Assembly: GCA_047495785.1 (NCBI GenBank)
Contig: JBLDXI010000054.1
Location: 930,001 to 994,000, forward strand
Length of the DNA: 64,000 nt
Reading direction: 5' to 3'
Source of the DNA: Lepidodermella squamata
Lineage: Eukaryota > Animalia > Gastrotricha
In this document: positions 45,671-56,933 of the stretch, piece after piece
How positions within the stretch are numbered: position 1 is the stretch's first letter
Layout: each line of letters starts with the position of its first letter
Notes under the pieces: model-generated
Database searches by the model: none
The model's input: only the letters and a program-made list of their open reading frames with translations
Told to the model about the DNA's origin: nothing
Translations under genes and position numbers: made by a program

Positions 45671-46776
45671 AATCAATAATAACACAATATATCCACAATA
45701 TGCACATTATATCTATATCGCTGCAGTAGATTTAACTCGTTAACCACGTATAATGTGATTTATTGATTGAATATTGTTCATTAAAATATTACGAGTTCAG
45801 CGTGATCTCGGGCGTGTGTCCCTACCGTCAATGTCGCCGAATTCACTAATATTTCTATGATAAAAAACAGATTTTCAGGTCAAGACATTTTAACAGAGAA
45901 AATTTCCATGGTTCTCAAACTGTTAATAACAAGTATAACAATTAACAATACCTTACAAATTAAAAAGGCTCTTCAAATTCGTCTTCTACTGAAGAATTCC
46001 AATTAATTTTAAGTTCGAACCTGTCGTAAATACTTTGACATTTACGTAGCTCTCTTTTCCTGGATTCGCGTCTTCACCATCACTTCTACCTCATCTCAAT
46101 CACTAACTAGGCCAGCTAATTGAAGGTATGAAAGGCATACCGATTTAACACTGCCAAAAATACACTGCGAGCTCGAAACGGCAAAGTTTAGGCCATGACC
46201 CGGTGGCTCCTTTGACACCGAATTTGGGGCCAACGATAGGAAATCGCGGAGGTTTCGGCGCGTCAGTATTTTCGTGACTTTTGTTTCCGTGCTAGAATAA
46301 CTCGAAAATAGGTATGCATGCTGCCAAAATTTCGACCCATGACCTACGTTTAAATCAGCCCGGATATCGCGATATCGCGACTCAAACAGCCCGGAATAGC
46401 AGAAATTATTCCGAGCTGTTATACCGTATATTTTCCACGATGATCCGGATAATCACAAATATACCTCGGTGTATATTTTCGAAAAATACGGTATACACGT
46501 GATATTCACTAGTTTTTTGGCAATTTAATGGTTTTGACTCTTTTGCATAAGTATATTTGACTCCGGCTTTTGACTCGTGATTTTCTGATCGTGGAATTGC
46601 TGTAAGAGATAACCCCCAAAAGCTAAGGGATAAAATTGCTACAATATGCTAAGGGATACAATGTTTGGCACATGATTTTGGCATTTTTGGCTCAAAAACT
46701 GAACAAGACCATTCCTCCCCTTCGCCTCCTTCCTCTGACAACAACGTAGGTGGCTGGAGGCTCAGCAGTCAGAGAG

Positions 46777-46990
46777 TATCAGCTCCATTTGCGCCGAGAA
46801 TTTCGCTCATCAACTTACAACCCGAACGATACTGATCAATAAATAATCAGTAAGGCCGCATTCAACCATGGAGGCTCTATCCAGCCCATTGGGCCCATTT
46901 GTACTGAAGCAACATATTAGACTTGTCCTCGATAGCGTTAAGAGAATGAGCATGATACCTGGGTGTGAGCTGGCTGTCGAGGGTATGGTA
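46777..46990 (+). pseudogene. Decayed exon-1 fragment of the 56934 class C gene
   Basis: Aligns with about 56992-57212 (CAACTTACAACCCGAACGATAC...ATTTGTACTGAAGC...CTCGATAGCGT) with indels and stops. Confidence 0.8.
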
Positions 46991-47645
46991 TGTTTAATAG
47001 GTTGGATAGTATGATTGGTTTCGTAGGTTAGTAGTACTGAGTTAGGCTTCACAAGCTCATGGCACCCGCGGAAACTTGAGCGATGTAAGGGGGATCCTTA
47101 CCTATATCCCCCTTTCAGTAAAATTCCCATCTTCCACACTGTCCAGGCATCTTGACATGAATATTTCTTTCATTTCCGCTTCCTCCTCTGTTAACGGACA
47201 ATTCAATGACGATGGAGGCGGAGATGGCAAGCAGTGGAAAGCAGTAGGATCTGCAGTAGGTTGGTTCAATTTGGTGACTGAAATAAGCCCAGAGCCCAGA
47301 GATTGTTACTTCATTAAAGTGCAAGCTCGGCTGCCATCATAATATTCAACTACCTTTATACATATACTGTATATATGAGATAGACGATTCAGATTTTATT
47401 TTGAATGTCTACTTCACCCAACGGATTTGAGAAATTGCTACATATGTATTGATTCGAGCCCTTTCTTTTTTCGAAAACGAGTGCTTCGCTAACTGATGCA
47501 TAATCATTGTTGTGCAACTTCCATGTTTATTTGACGAGTGAAAAGTTTGAGGAAAGGGCGAAATCAGATGCTACAGACGTCTCTCATTTTTGTTATATGA
47601 TAATACCCAGACGTCAATCGCTTCAACAGTGAAAGCAGTACAATT

Positions 47646-48852
47646 TTATGATATATTCACACGCCTACGAGAAATATTGCTTAACAACTTTTTCAGGCAT
47701 TTGTTGCGCCTATCAAAAAATGATTCGATATGAACTGGCCTAATACACTGCAACACTGAACTGATAAACCCCCCAATTATTATGCATAGCATCGCTAGCT
47801 TTCTCAACCAAGCAGGCTCCGCCTGCCAAGCACCGAGTGACCACATACTGACTAATACAGACGAGCAGAATCCCGGAATGTAACTAATGACAAATAGTAG
47901 GAATAACCCGAACGACATTTTGACCAGATAGATCTCTTTACGCTGCCATTCGGCCACGCGGGTTAATGATTTCAAACTGGGACAGGGTGACGCGGCGTTT
48001 CTTTGACTTGCAATGCCTCTTAGAGATACCTTCGAATGGCCAATGGTTTTAAAAATCTTCCAATAATTTATCCCTACATATACTGAAGAGCCTGCGCATA
48101 TAGATAAGTAGTAAATTAGGTATAAGAATGATGTATCGAAATCGCCATAGAAGCTGTAGTCAAAATTTCCGCAAATCAGAACAGGCTCAGTGTTGTTGAA
48201 TTCCTCTATTATGAACCATTTCGCAGAAGAACTGTTCCACGGCCACCAAACGAAAGCCGAACTAAGAAATGTAGTTAATCCCAACAGGAGAAAAGTCACA
48301 CCACATATCTGTGAAGTATTTCATCGATCACATTTATTGATGGGATCATAATATACATACCTTTAAACTGTTTGGTTTATAGTTGCTCGTGTTTGATGAG
48401 ATACACAGGCGTCTTTCGTAAGAAATCGAAGCTTCAATCAGTAAACCGAACCCACCAGACGCCCAAATGAACCACAAGCAAGTCGAACAGTCCAGAGGAG
48501 ATGCCTCCCACCAGCCAGTTTTAAGGGTATTGAGCAGCCCATAACAATACGAGCATGCCAGGACGGCATCCCGAATGTGTAAGCAGCAGGTAAGAAAGAG
48601 GAAATCGATCTTGACCCTCCGCTTTACATACACGATGACATTCGTTATTGATGCGATGATGGACAGGCAGGTGAACAGAGAACAAGCTAGCAGCCAGCCT
48701 TGTCGATTTTCCATAGCAGCTGTGACGTCATGGAAGAAAGCGATGAAATATGGCTTCGATCGGCCGTAGCCTCGATCTGGTAAATCAGCTTCAATCCAAC
48801 CACCGTTGGCAACTCGAGCGATATAATAGAATGTATTACTTAGATTACTCAT
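47646..48852 (-). CDS. Class A orphan 7TM receptor, exons 48852-48361 and 48308-47646, about 384 aa
   Basis: Family motifs; 52-nt phase-0 GT-AG intron 48309-48360. Confidence 0.87.
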
Positions 48853-49010
48853 TTGTCAGGTTGCGAAATAGAACGGTCCAGATGAAAAATCAAATGAAGA
48901 TTGCCCACAATATGCTGTGTAGCTCATTGTGAAAAAAGCTTTCTTGCGCGAAGTATCCTGGTCCGGCGGAAACACTAACATGCCATAAGTCATAATATTC
49001 ATCCTGTTCA

Positions 49011-49492
49011 AGATTTACCTGTACATGCACAACAGATTCTGCACAAAAGCATTCTGCACAAATGCAGTTGCACAACATATTTTGCACCAAAACTCCATTT
49101 TCATATCAAATATTATCATCATTCAATGCGTAGAAAATCTGTCTAATGCAAGGGCAGTGCAGTCTTGAGTGATAGTAGCAGAAAAAATGGGCATGACATC
49201 ATTTATTGATCGATTTCAGCTTAATTTCATCAATTCATCTTTGCCCTAGGTCCGAACGTGAAACTCGCCACCGCTTATAATTTAAACTCGAATCGGACGC
49301 ACTAAAGTATCTCAAAAAGCAGGGCCCGAAACCAGTCTTTGATGCCAATGGGCTTCGTCTTCAATTTGGTATATTAAATTTTCTTATTTAACTGGATTCC
49401 GCTTGAAAAATGGAGTTTGTGCAAAATATTTTGTGCAACTGCATTTGCGCAAATGCTTTTGTGCAGAATCGTTTGTGCAAGTACGGATATCC
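49011..49492. mobile_element. MULE/foldback-like MITE, about 480 bp
   Basis: About 80-bp inverted arms built of TGCACAA repeats; direct repeat CCTGTTCA at 49003-49010 and 49493-49500. Confidence 0.75.
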
Positions 49493-49804
49493 CCTGTTCA
49501 GTCAGAAGTAGGATGGGAAGCGTAGGGCACAGGCGCGCATCGTCCTGATTGCTTGAAACACTGGGGACATGGGACATTACATGACTGGGCAAAATACTGT
49601 CCTTGACTTTGATTAAAAATTCTCATTTTTAATTCTCGTTTAATTCCTCAATTCTGGTAAAATGTTTTTATCAGCAATCGGTAGCTCATATCCATCACGG
49701 AACACCTCCCAAAAAACTTCAAAAGCCTCCTCTCTGGAACCCCTCGATTCGTCGTAGTTTAAGGAGACAATTCATAGTTTTCTACGCAAATTGCCTTATA
49801 GTGG

Positions 49805-50040
49805 GGAGAGATGCTTCCAATGGACAAAGCTTCAGGCATATCAATAATCGCAAACCTGTTGCATGTTGCAGGTATTTCGATTGCTTGGTTCCTCAGTCAA
49901 GATAATACTAGCGTTAATATTGGCTGAAAGATTGATCGAGCAGCAAATTGGCATTATCATTTCCATTCTTGCTATATCTATTTCCTATTTCGACTTCAGC
50001 GACCTGGCTGTGGCCGATTGTCAAGAAAGCATCGCCCTAA
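49805..50040 (+). pseudogene. Internally deleted 3' fragment of a 43367-type class C gene
   Basis: Matches about 45180-45285 (TM4) joined to about 45545-45670 (LAERLIEQQIGII...TWLWPIV) with frameshifts. Confidence 0.8.
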
Positions 50041-50224
50041 TATCAATTCAAGGAAATCTATATATATGCTATCCTGCCATAGATTTATTCCTTTCTAACT
50101 GGGAATTGACGTATCCATTGATATTAGTATTAGTGAGATTTATATAACAATTTGAAATGCTGTATTAAAATATAATGTCACATGCGATTTAATATTAGTT
50201 TTTCTCGGTAAAAATATTATAACT

Positions 50225-53100
50225 TCAATGTCTTATGCCATTGACAGTTGGGATGTTCCTGATGAAGAACTAGGAAGAGCAATTTTTTGATTAATGATAA
50301 TATGCAATAGAAAATTACCTTCATAACAGCAGATGAAATGAGATTGACTGCAACAAAAACAAGGGCAATGCCCGATACAAGAGTGTAGGAATTCTCGCCC
50401 TCCCTTCCACTGCGCTCTGTATCGAAGTCGAGGCAGCCTTGGGGTACTCGCACAGACCCCACTCCATCATCCGAAATGGCAAGTGTAGCTAGGAAACCAC
50501 CGGCGACAACTAGCAAGATCTGGCAATAGATACCAATTGCCATATTCTTCAAATCTGAAGCCCTATCCTAATGGAAAATTTTTTTTAGGATTACTGAAGA
50601 AATTCCTATTATTTATCTTACCACCCCTTGTCGACCATGGTAAGCGCCATAAAAGCAACGTAGAAGAAAAGGATAAGCTCAGTACCAATCAAGATCGAGA
50701 TAAGGCAAAGTCCAGCTATATTCCCAAGCAGGTCTTTGACAACGTTGCACTCATACTGATATGGCTGGAATGACATGGCTGCGTCGCTCTTGTCCATTTC
50801 AAAACAGGCGATTGACGTAGTAATTGGCTGAATGCTGATTGCAGCTGTTAACAGGCCAATTTGGAAGACAGTCCAACACGCGGCGAAAATGCCTTTGCTG
50901 ATTAGCTTCGAAATTAGGCTCATGGTGTTATCGATCGATAAACCTGATAAGACAGAAGTAGCTCTTGAAATCGGGCGATGAAATTCTGCTAATGAATTTG
51001 CAGCTGATAGACGATTGTCAGCTCTATAAACTCGCAGCCACGGGCTGTTATGGAAATTTGCCGAGTTCCTCGGGATGAAGAGCATCGCTCGACCTAGCTT
51101 TGTAAGATAACCACCGAGTATTGTCGAAATGCCAATCACAACTAGGTAAATCATCGTTGAACAATTTCCTCGCATTGTCTCCTCGACGCTTTCATCCGGG
51201 AGAGCGAATGCATGGCTCAGAAGAACTATATCACCAACTAGCACGATGAAATCACCGCGATAGAGGAAAAACGATTTGAGTAAATGGCTCTTTATGCGTT
51301 TGATGCTACCGCAAATGATGAAACTAAGGCAAAATGCGATTTCCAGGACAGAAATGACAATCAATATCGATCGGGACCTTGGACGTACCGCAGGTATCTT
51401 GATGAGGCTGATTAGGGCTTCATCTCTTGGAGGCAAGCCATCCTTTGTGTTCCAACGAAGGTCCAGTATGTAGATACCTTTAGCATCATTATTTTTGTAA
51501 TACGCAGCTACGCGAGATTCATTTCCGTATCCGACAGATTGGATGAAAGTGATTGGAACGTAACCGAAAGTTAGATTTGTGTCTCTACTAATGCCATACT
51601 CGCCTTTGATGCCTGAGAAGTTCATAGAGTAGAGAGCTTCGAACCAGATTGGGCCCATCTGACTTCCGTTTTGCTTGAAATTCTCCGTTGAAGTGACCCA
51701 GTCCAACAAAGTTTGATTTCCTGTCCAAACAAGCATAAATTAGTATTACAGATTGATCTACTCATAATCTACTAACGTTTATTAAGGTAGCTTTCAGCCG
51801 ATTGAAGGAGGAAACCAGTGCTTAAAGCACGGTCGTAGCAAACCTGAGGCCAATATTGCCACGAAGGATGCTGCTCTGGATTATCGATTCTATCCTTCAA
51901 TTCAGAATCAAGCTTTGCCTGTGTGTTTCCGCTTGAATCCGGGTAGTCGACGCCGAAAATATCTGAGAGCTGAGTATCTCCATAGTAGAAGATATGAATA
52001 CCACTCATTAGAACTTCGATGATCATGTCGCTTGTACACCAAGGCGTGGCGGGCCAAATCATAGCTGCGGGGGAAACTCGTTCATTCCAAGATAAGGCGA
52101 ATAGAACGTATTGAGGGCCCATCATTCCCAGCCTATGCATCCAGCATACGACCGATATAGGGGTTCCGCCATTGATTATGATGATCCTTGGATCACGTCG
52201 CTTCATCTCGTTCATGGTATCTTCCATGCTCAACATCAAGTTGCCATCGGGATAGGACATTACGACCTTCCCCATCCAAATAATTTCGATGTTCTCTTCC
52301 TCGAGTTGATCGATCAAATCAGGGTCCATCTAAAAAAATGGATTAAGCATAGGAATTTGCTTTTAACTTCATTACCATGTTGAAGAATGTTTCAAGATTT
52401 GAAGGTATCGCAACCTTTCGCCATCCCATAGCTCGAAAAAACTTTGCTAAAGCAATGTACTGAATGTCCCCTCTGTGGCCTAGGCTTGCGTAGTTTTTCA
52501 GACGTTGCCTCTCCTTGAACAAGCGAACTGAGCTTTGGGTAAGGGTTATCTGAAATATCAAGTAAAATATCGCAGTTGAAAAGGCGGAGGAAAACGAACA
52601 CCTAGGAAGTTGTATTGTTGCGTAAGAGCTGCAGTGGTTAAAATTCCTCTCTCATTGTCGCATTCCCCAATGACTATCAGAGGCATCAGGTTGTCAGCTT
52701 CAAAACGATTCTCCAAAATTTCGGTAAACTCGTTAACTATCAATGGGTCTGAACACTGAAAATAATTTTTTTATGATTCGAGTAATTATTAAATAATATT
52801 TACCCCGTCATCAACAAAATCGAGCACTAGTTCGTATTTTGTTAACATCCCAGGCATTTTCCGGAGTTGGTCGAGAGCGATACGTTTCGCCTCTAAGCAG
52901 GGAACACCTAATGAGATTGTGCAGTTGAAAGAGATAGCCATGATGACGTGGATTTTTGTTCGATTCATCTGTTCGCTCATGTTGTAGGCGAATGAGGTTC
53001 CAAACTCTGGCAGTGGAGCGCTGAAGGGATCCAACTTTTTCCCAGCACAAATAGTACCGATGACTATCGGCAATAGCTGCAACAATGAGCTTGATTTCAT
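50225..53100 (-). CDS. Class C orphan GPCR, seven exons (53100-52804, 52755-52600, 52549-52376, 52329-51777, 51720-50622, 50567-50319, 50269-50225), with an apparent 1-nt frameshift at about 50651-50654
   Basis: Signal peptide, VFT (MGWRKVAI, DPRIII), stalk WNTKDGLPPRD, 7TM. Six GT-AG introns of 46-56 nt at the same positions as the 59784 paralog; exons 2-4 have identical lengths to that paralog. Confidence 0.75.
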
Positions 53101-53853
53101 GATTAGGGAATTTATCAACTTTCAGTGAGATCTAATGTTGTTATGCTGCTGATCGGAAACTTTTGAATTGAAGCAATTGAAGCAGCAAACTGGAATTGAA
53201 GTTAGCTATTTGATGTCAGCTCGAAGGCACGCTGATTAGCCTTGTTATCTTTCATTAAACATCTCATCTGACATTCAATTAATGAAAATAAATTTGAGGG
53301 ACAGATGCAAATTCTGTGTCGATTGCACTGTATAATTCTTAATAAGAGCAGGAAATCAAAATTTTCCCCGGGTCACATCGCTCATCATTTACGCTCTGGA
53401 AGATATAATATCATCTCGTTTCTCATAGCTTGGCCAATCAGCTGCTGGCCTGTTTTAAATATCGGCATAGATTCTTCTCAAGCGCCGCTCAAGCTGAAAC
53501 AATCAGTACCTTTATTCAGAATATTTAGAATATTTAGGAAGAATGAACGATCCTCTTCTGAATTGTTCTGGGTTCTACAATCAATTGTACATGACCTATG
53601 CACTTTAAACTTGAGTTACCTGTCCAGTAAGCTCTAATTTTTAATGGACTTTGCTGTATGTATTCAATGTAGAATTGTATTATGACACATCTCAGGCGCA
53701 CCAGATGCTAATGTTCAAATATTACAGATCATAGATGTAAGACTTTCGCAGGAGCTTACTGGTTGGAGTTAGTAAGCGGCACAAGAGAGACATATCAATG
53801 CAGAATCCAAAAGCATCACAGGCGTTAGGTATGAGTCAATTTAGGGTTTAAAT

Positions 53854-54066
53854 TTAACACTGCTCGTCAAGCAAGAACTGGTCATCTCCACAATTGGCTT
53901 TTGAGCATTTGCATTCGTCTCGTCTAGCTCCGAAGTACTGGTCCTCTCCATAATTAGCTTCTTGGTACTGGGGTCCGCCTTGCCTAGCGCCGAAGTAGTG
54001 ATCTTCCCCACAATTTACCTCCGGGTTCTGGTCTTCTCCACGCTTGTCTTCCAATTCGCTTCCCAT
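53854..54066 (-). repeat. Degenerate 60-bp tandem repeat (about 3 units) within a 70-codon ORF
   Basis: NCGEDHYFGARQGGPQYQEA / NYGEDQYFGARRDECKCSKA / NCGDDQFLLDEQC. Confidence 0.55.
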
Positions 54067-54497
54067 AATGGAAAAACTAATAAAATTGCGAATTTTTAAC
54101 AAGAGAACAGTTCAGTTTAAGTTTGAATTTGTTAGCTTTGCTCATTAGTATTCAGTAAACATGCCACCAATGTTTTTTGCTGATGACTCCGCTCCTAAGA
54201 TAATCAGCTGTCGTGTGGCTTTTTCATGTTTTCTTTTGTTTTTTCTTTCCTTCATGCAGAAGCTAAGTATGTGCATGTTGTCTGTGAGGAAGCAAGGTAA
54301 AGTTTACGCAAAAAGACATTCCTATCATCACAGCGGAATCAAAATATGGCGTAAATTATGAGTCTTTTGCCCTCGACAAGGATCGAAGGAAGCCCATCGA
54401 CAAAAAGCATTGTTACGCTTGAGTTACGTTGAAAAATGAAACTTGTAGCTGAATAATGTCAACTGAAAGAATTGCGTGGGAAATGAAAGCATCAGAC

Positions 54498-55130
54498 GTG
54501 CAGATTGCAGGCATCTAGAATAGAATCCCTTGGACTCAAGCAATCGACTGAATCAAAATCCGGACAACCACGTTTTTCATAAGCGCGCTTCCCTCGGAAA
54601 CATTTCGTCTTTTGCTAACAATTTAGGATGCTGCGGAGGATGTGCATCCAACCGGACGTAGCAAGTAGCGAGGACGTCGCATGTCTCCATCCACATTCTT
54701 GTATCTAGTATATAAGCGACTGGCATAACTGAATTCAGCACAGCTTGAGCAATGCTTTTCATGTACACCTTACTATTCCTCTATGGCTATGCTTGCGCTA
54801 AGATACCAATGTCAGCTTCAGTTGAGCCGAGGCAAAGCCGAGGCTAAACTCGACAGGCCTTTGTCTCGCCCGGGATCAAGCAGGAGGCAAAACTATATTG
54901 AACGCACTAAATCGCAAATTGTGTTCACCTCTTAATAATACGATGTCACTTGTCACGTGATGCTATTTTAGACGAATATGCTGAACCATAAAATTGCCAA
55001 AAACACCGGCTATCTCATTTACAACGTGTCAAAACCTTTCCTTTGAAGACCTTTATAGCGTATAGCGCACGACGATCATATCGGGTGACATTTCAGCTGA
55101 AAAATAAAAATCGTGAGAGGTTGAAGGCAA
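54498..55130 (+). pseudogene. Internally deleted duplicate of the 56934 gene (promoter, first 26 codons, last about 30 codons, 3'UTR)
   Basis: Near-identical to about 56677-57013 joined to about 59452-59738; residual ORF 54752-54847 MLFMYTLLFLYGYACAKIPMSASVEPRQSRG*. Confidence 0.85.
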
Positions 55131-55664
55131 AGTTTGAAAACATCCTGCTTTAGAAAATGTTCACGAAAATCGCGGGTGGGATATATGCTTTCAAGTTTGA
55201 ATTAGGTTACTCTAATAATAAATAATAATAATAAATCCCGTGCGTTATTTGTACAAAGTGTAAACTATTTATAAACATGCGGTTTCGAAGCAAATGTGCC
55301 TCATAAGCCGGTTTATTTACCGAAAAACACATGTTATGTCGATATGGGAAATTAAATCACGTAAGACAGTCCGTGCGTCCACCTCTTTCAGTGTTCATCA
55401 ATCAACAAAGTAGAAATATTTTTGTCCGAAGTTTGAAGGTGCAATTTATTGGATTCAAAATGCGTCCGTTAGAGCGAGTTAAGAACTGAAACGATTCCTG
55501 AAGATTTATCCACCTTGAGAGGACGTTGAGCAACAAAAACTAGTTATTATAGTCAGTTTATTTTGAAAAATTGAAGCGATAAATAATTTTTGATTGTGCA
55601 CTGTGTATGTGTGCTCTTCCTTCTTGTTGCCCTAAATGGCTATACTGCTTTTACAAAGGAAATA

Positions 55665-56123
55665 CCGTAAATACCGAATTATAAGAGAGTGCCTTATAAT
55701 AATTTCAAATGCCCCAAAAGTCCTGCCTTGTAAAACGGGTCTGCCTTTTATTTCGGGTCTGCCTTATATTTATTTTTACCGAGCTCGAGAAATTCATTCA
55801 TCATCATCACCAGTTATAATTTCAACCTCATCGACCCGCACCTGGGAGGCGCCTGCGTTCTTTACCTCTTTTGCTGCTAGCGACTGTGTGTAAACAAGGG
55901 ATTAAATTCCTCACAGGTGGATTAAGTACTATTTACGCTCTATCAAGTGCGCGAGATTAAGCTTCTTCCATTTGCACAGCTGACGCTCACTCAAGCCGGA
56001 ATAAGAGGCACGTGCCTTATATTTCGGTTCTGCCTTATATTATTTCAATTGACCTCTGACCTCTGCCCTCAATCCCGGTCCTGCCTTAAATTTAGGTGAT
56101 GCCTAGTAATTCGGTATTTACGG
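55665..56123. mobile_element. pogo/Tc2-like MITE, 459 bp
   Basis: 17-bp perfect TIRs CCGTAAATACCGAATTA, TA flanks, and several internal TGCCTTATA/TGCCTT repeats. Confidence 0.88.
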
Positions 56124-56369
56124 TATGTTTCTATTGGTTCATAAAGAATGGAAAGCGAAAGATGTAATCACACAAGATGTATTAATAAACTGAATACAAT
56201 ATCAATTGAGAGTTATCCTGGTTGCGTATACGATCGCCCGAAAACTTCTATTGCATGAAATCAACAGTTCTGCCGCTCTTCATGAAAATCTAAGGAGAAA
56301 TATTGGTATGAATCAATAGGACGAAAAAGGAACGGACTAACCTTCATAACTGCGCAAGAAATGATGTTG

Positions 56370-56561
56370 ACCGAGACGAATACCAGGACGAGGCTTGACT
56401 GTTTTGTTAATTTTGGAAGGTTCTGGGGCCTGTTTTATTGGAAAATCTCCAAAATGTTCTCGCTTCGCTCGGTTCAAAGCCCAAATGACTCTTCATTTTG
56501 GGAAATACAGCAAAAATTTTTTTCCATCCCTGGGAGCTCGGGGGTCGAAGATCGCACCCTG
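56370..56561. mobile_element. Truncated copy of the hAT-like MITE at 26909
   Basis: Shared AAAATGTTCTCGCTTCGCTCGGTT...TTTTCCATCCCTGG...AAGATCGCACCCTG end. Confidence 0.65.
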
Positions 56562-56890
56562 CTTGAGATTGAGAGGAGTGGGTGTCTAAAATAGGATGAA
56601 AAGTGTCGCTGGATAATATCAATTAAAAAGTTGAGTTACGTGGGATTTCTCTGCAAGACAACTGGAAACATCAAAAGTGCAGATTGCAGGCATCTAGAAT
56701 CCTTCCCTTGGACTCGAGCAATCGACGCAATCAAAATCCTGACAATCACGTTTTTCATGAATGCGCCCTAACAGCGCTTCCTCCGGAAACAGTTCTTCTC
56801 TTGATATCAGCTTAGGATGGTGCGGAGGATGTGCATCCAACCGGATGTAGCGAGGACGTCGCATGTCTCGATCGAAATTCTTGGATCTAG

Positions 56891-56897
56891 TATATAA
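56891..56897 (+). promoter_or_regulatory. Candidate TATA box of the 56934 gene
   Basis: TATATAA 43 nt upstream of the ATG; also present in the duplicate at about 54709. Confidence 0.45.
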
Positions 56898-56933
56898 GCG
56901 ACTGGCATAACTGAATTCAGCACAGCTTGAGCA

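Noticed and set aside
46149-46525. CACTA-like element (CACTGCCAAAAA ... TTTTTTGGCAATT)
   Set aside because: The inverted match is short and imperfect and no TSD is evident.
53854-54066. Neuropeptide precursor (repeated YFGAR)
   Set aside because: No signal peptide and no regular Gly-Lys/Arg amidation or dibasic sites flanking the repeats.
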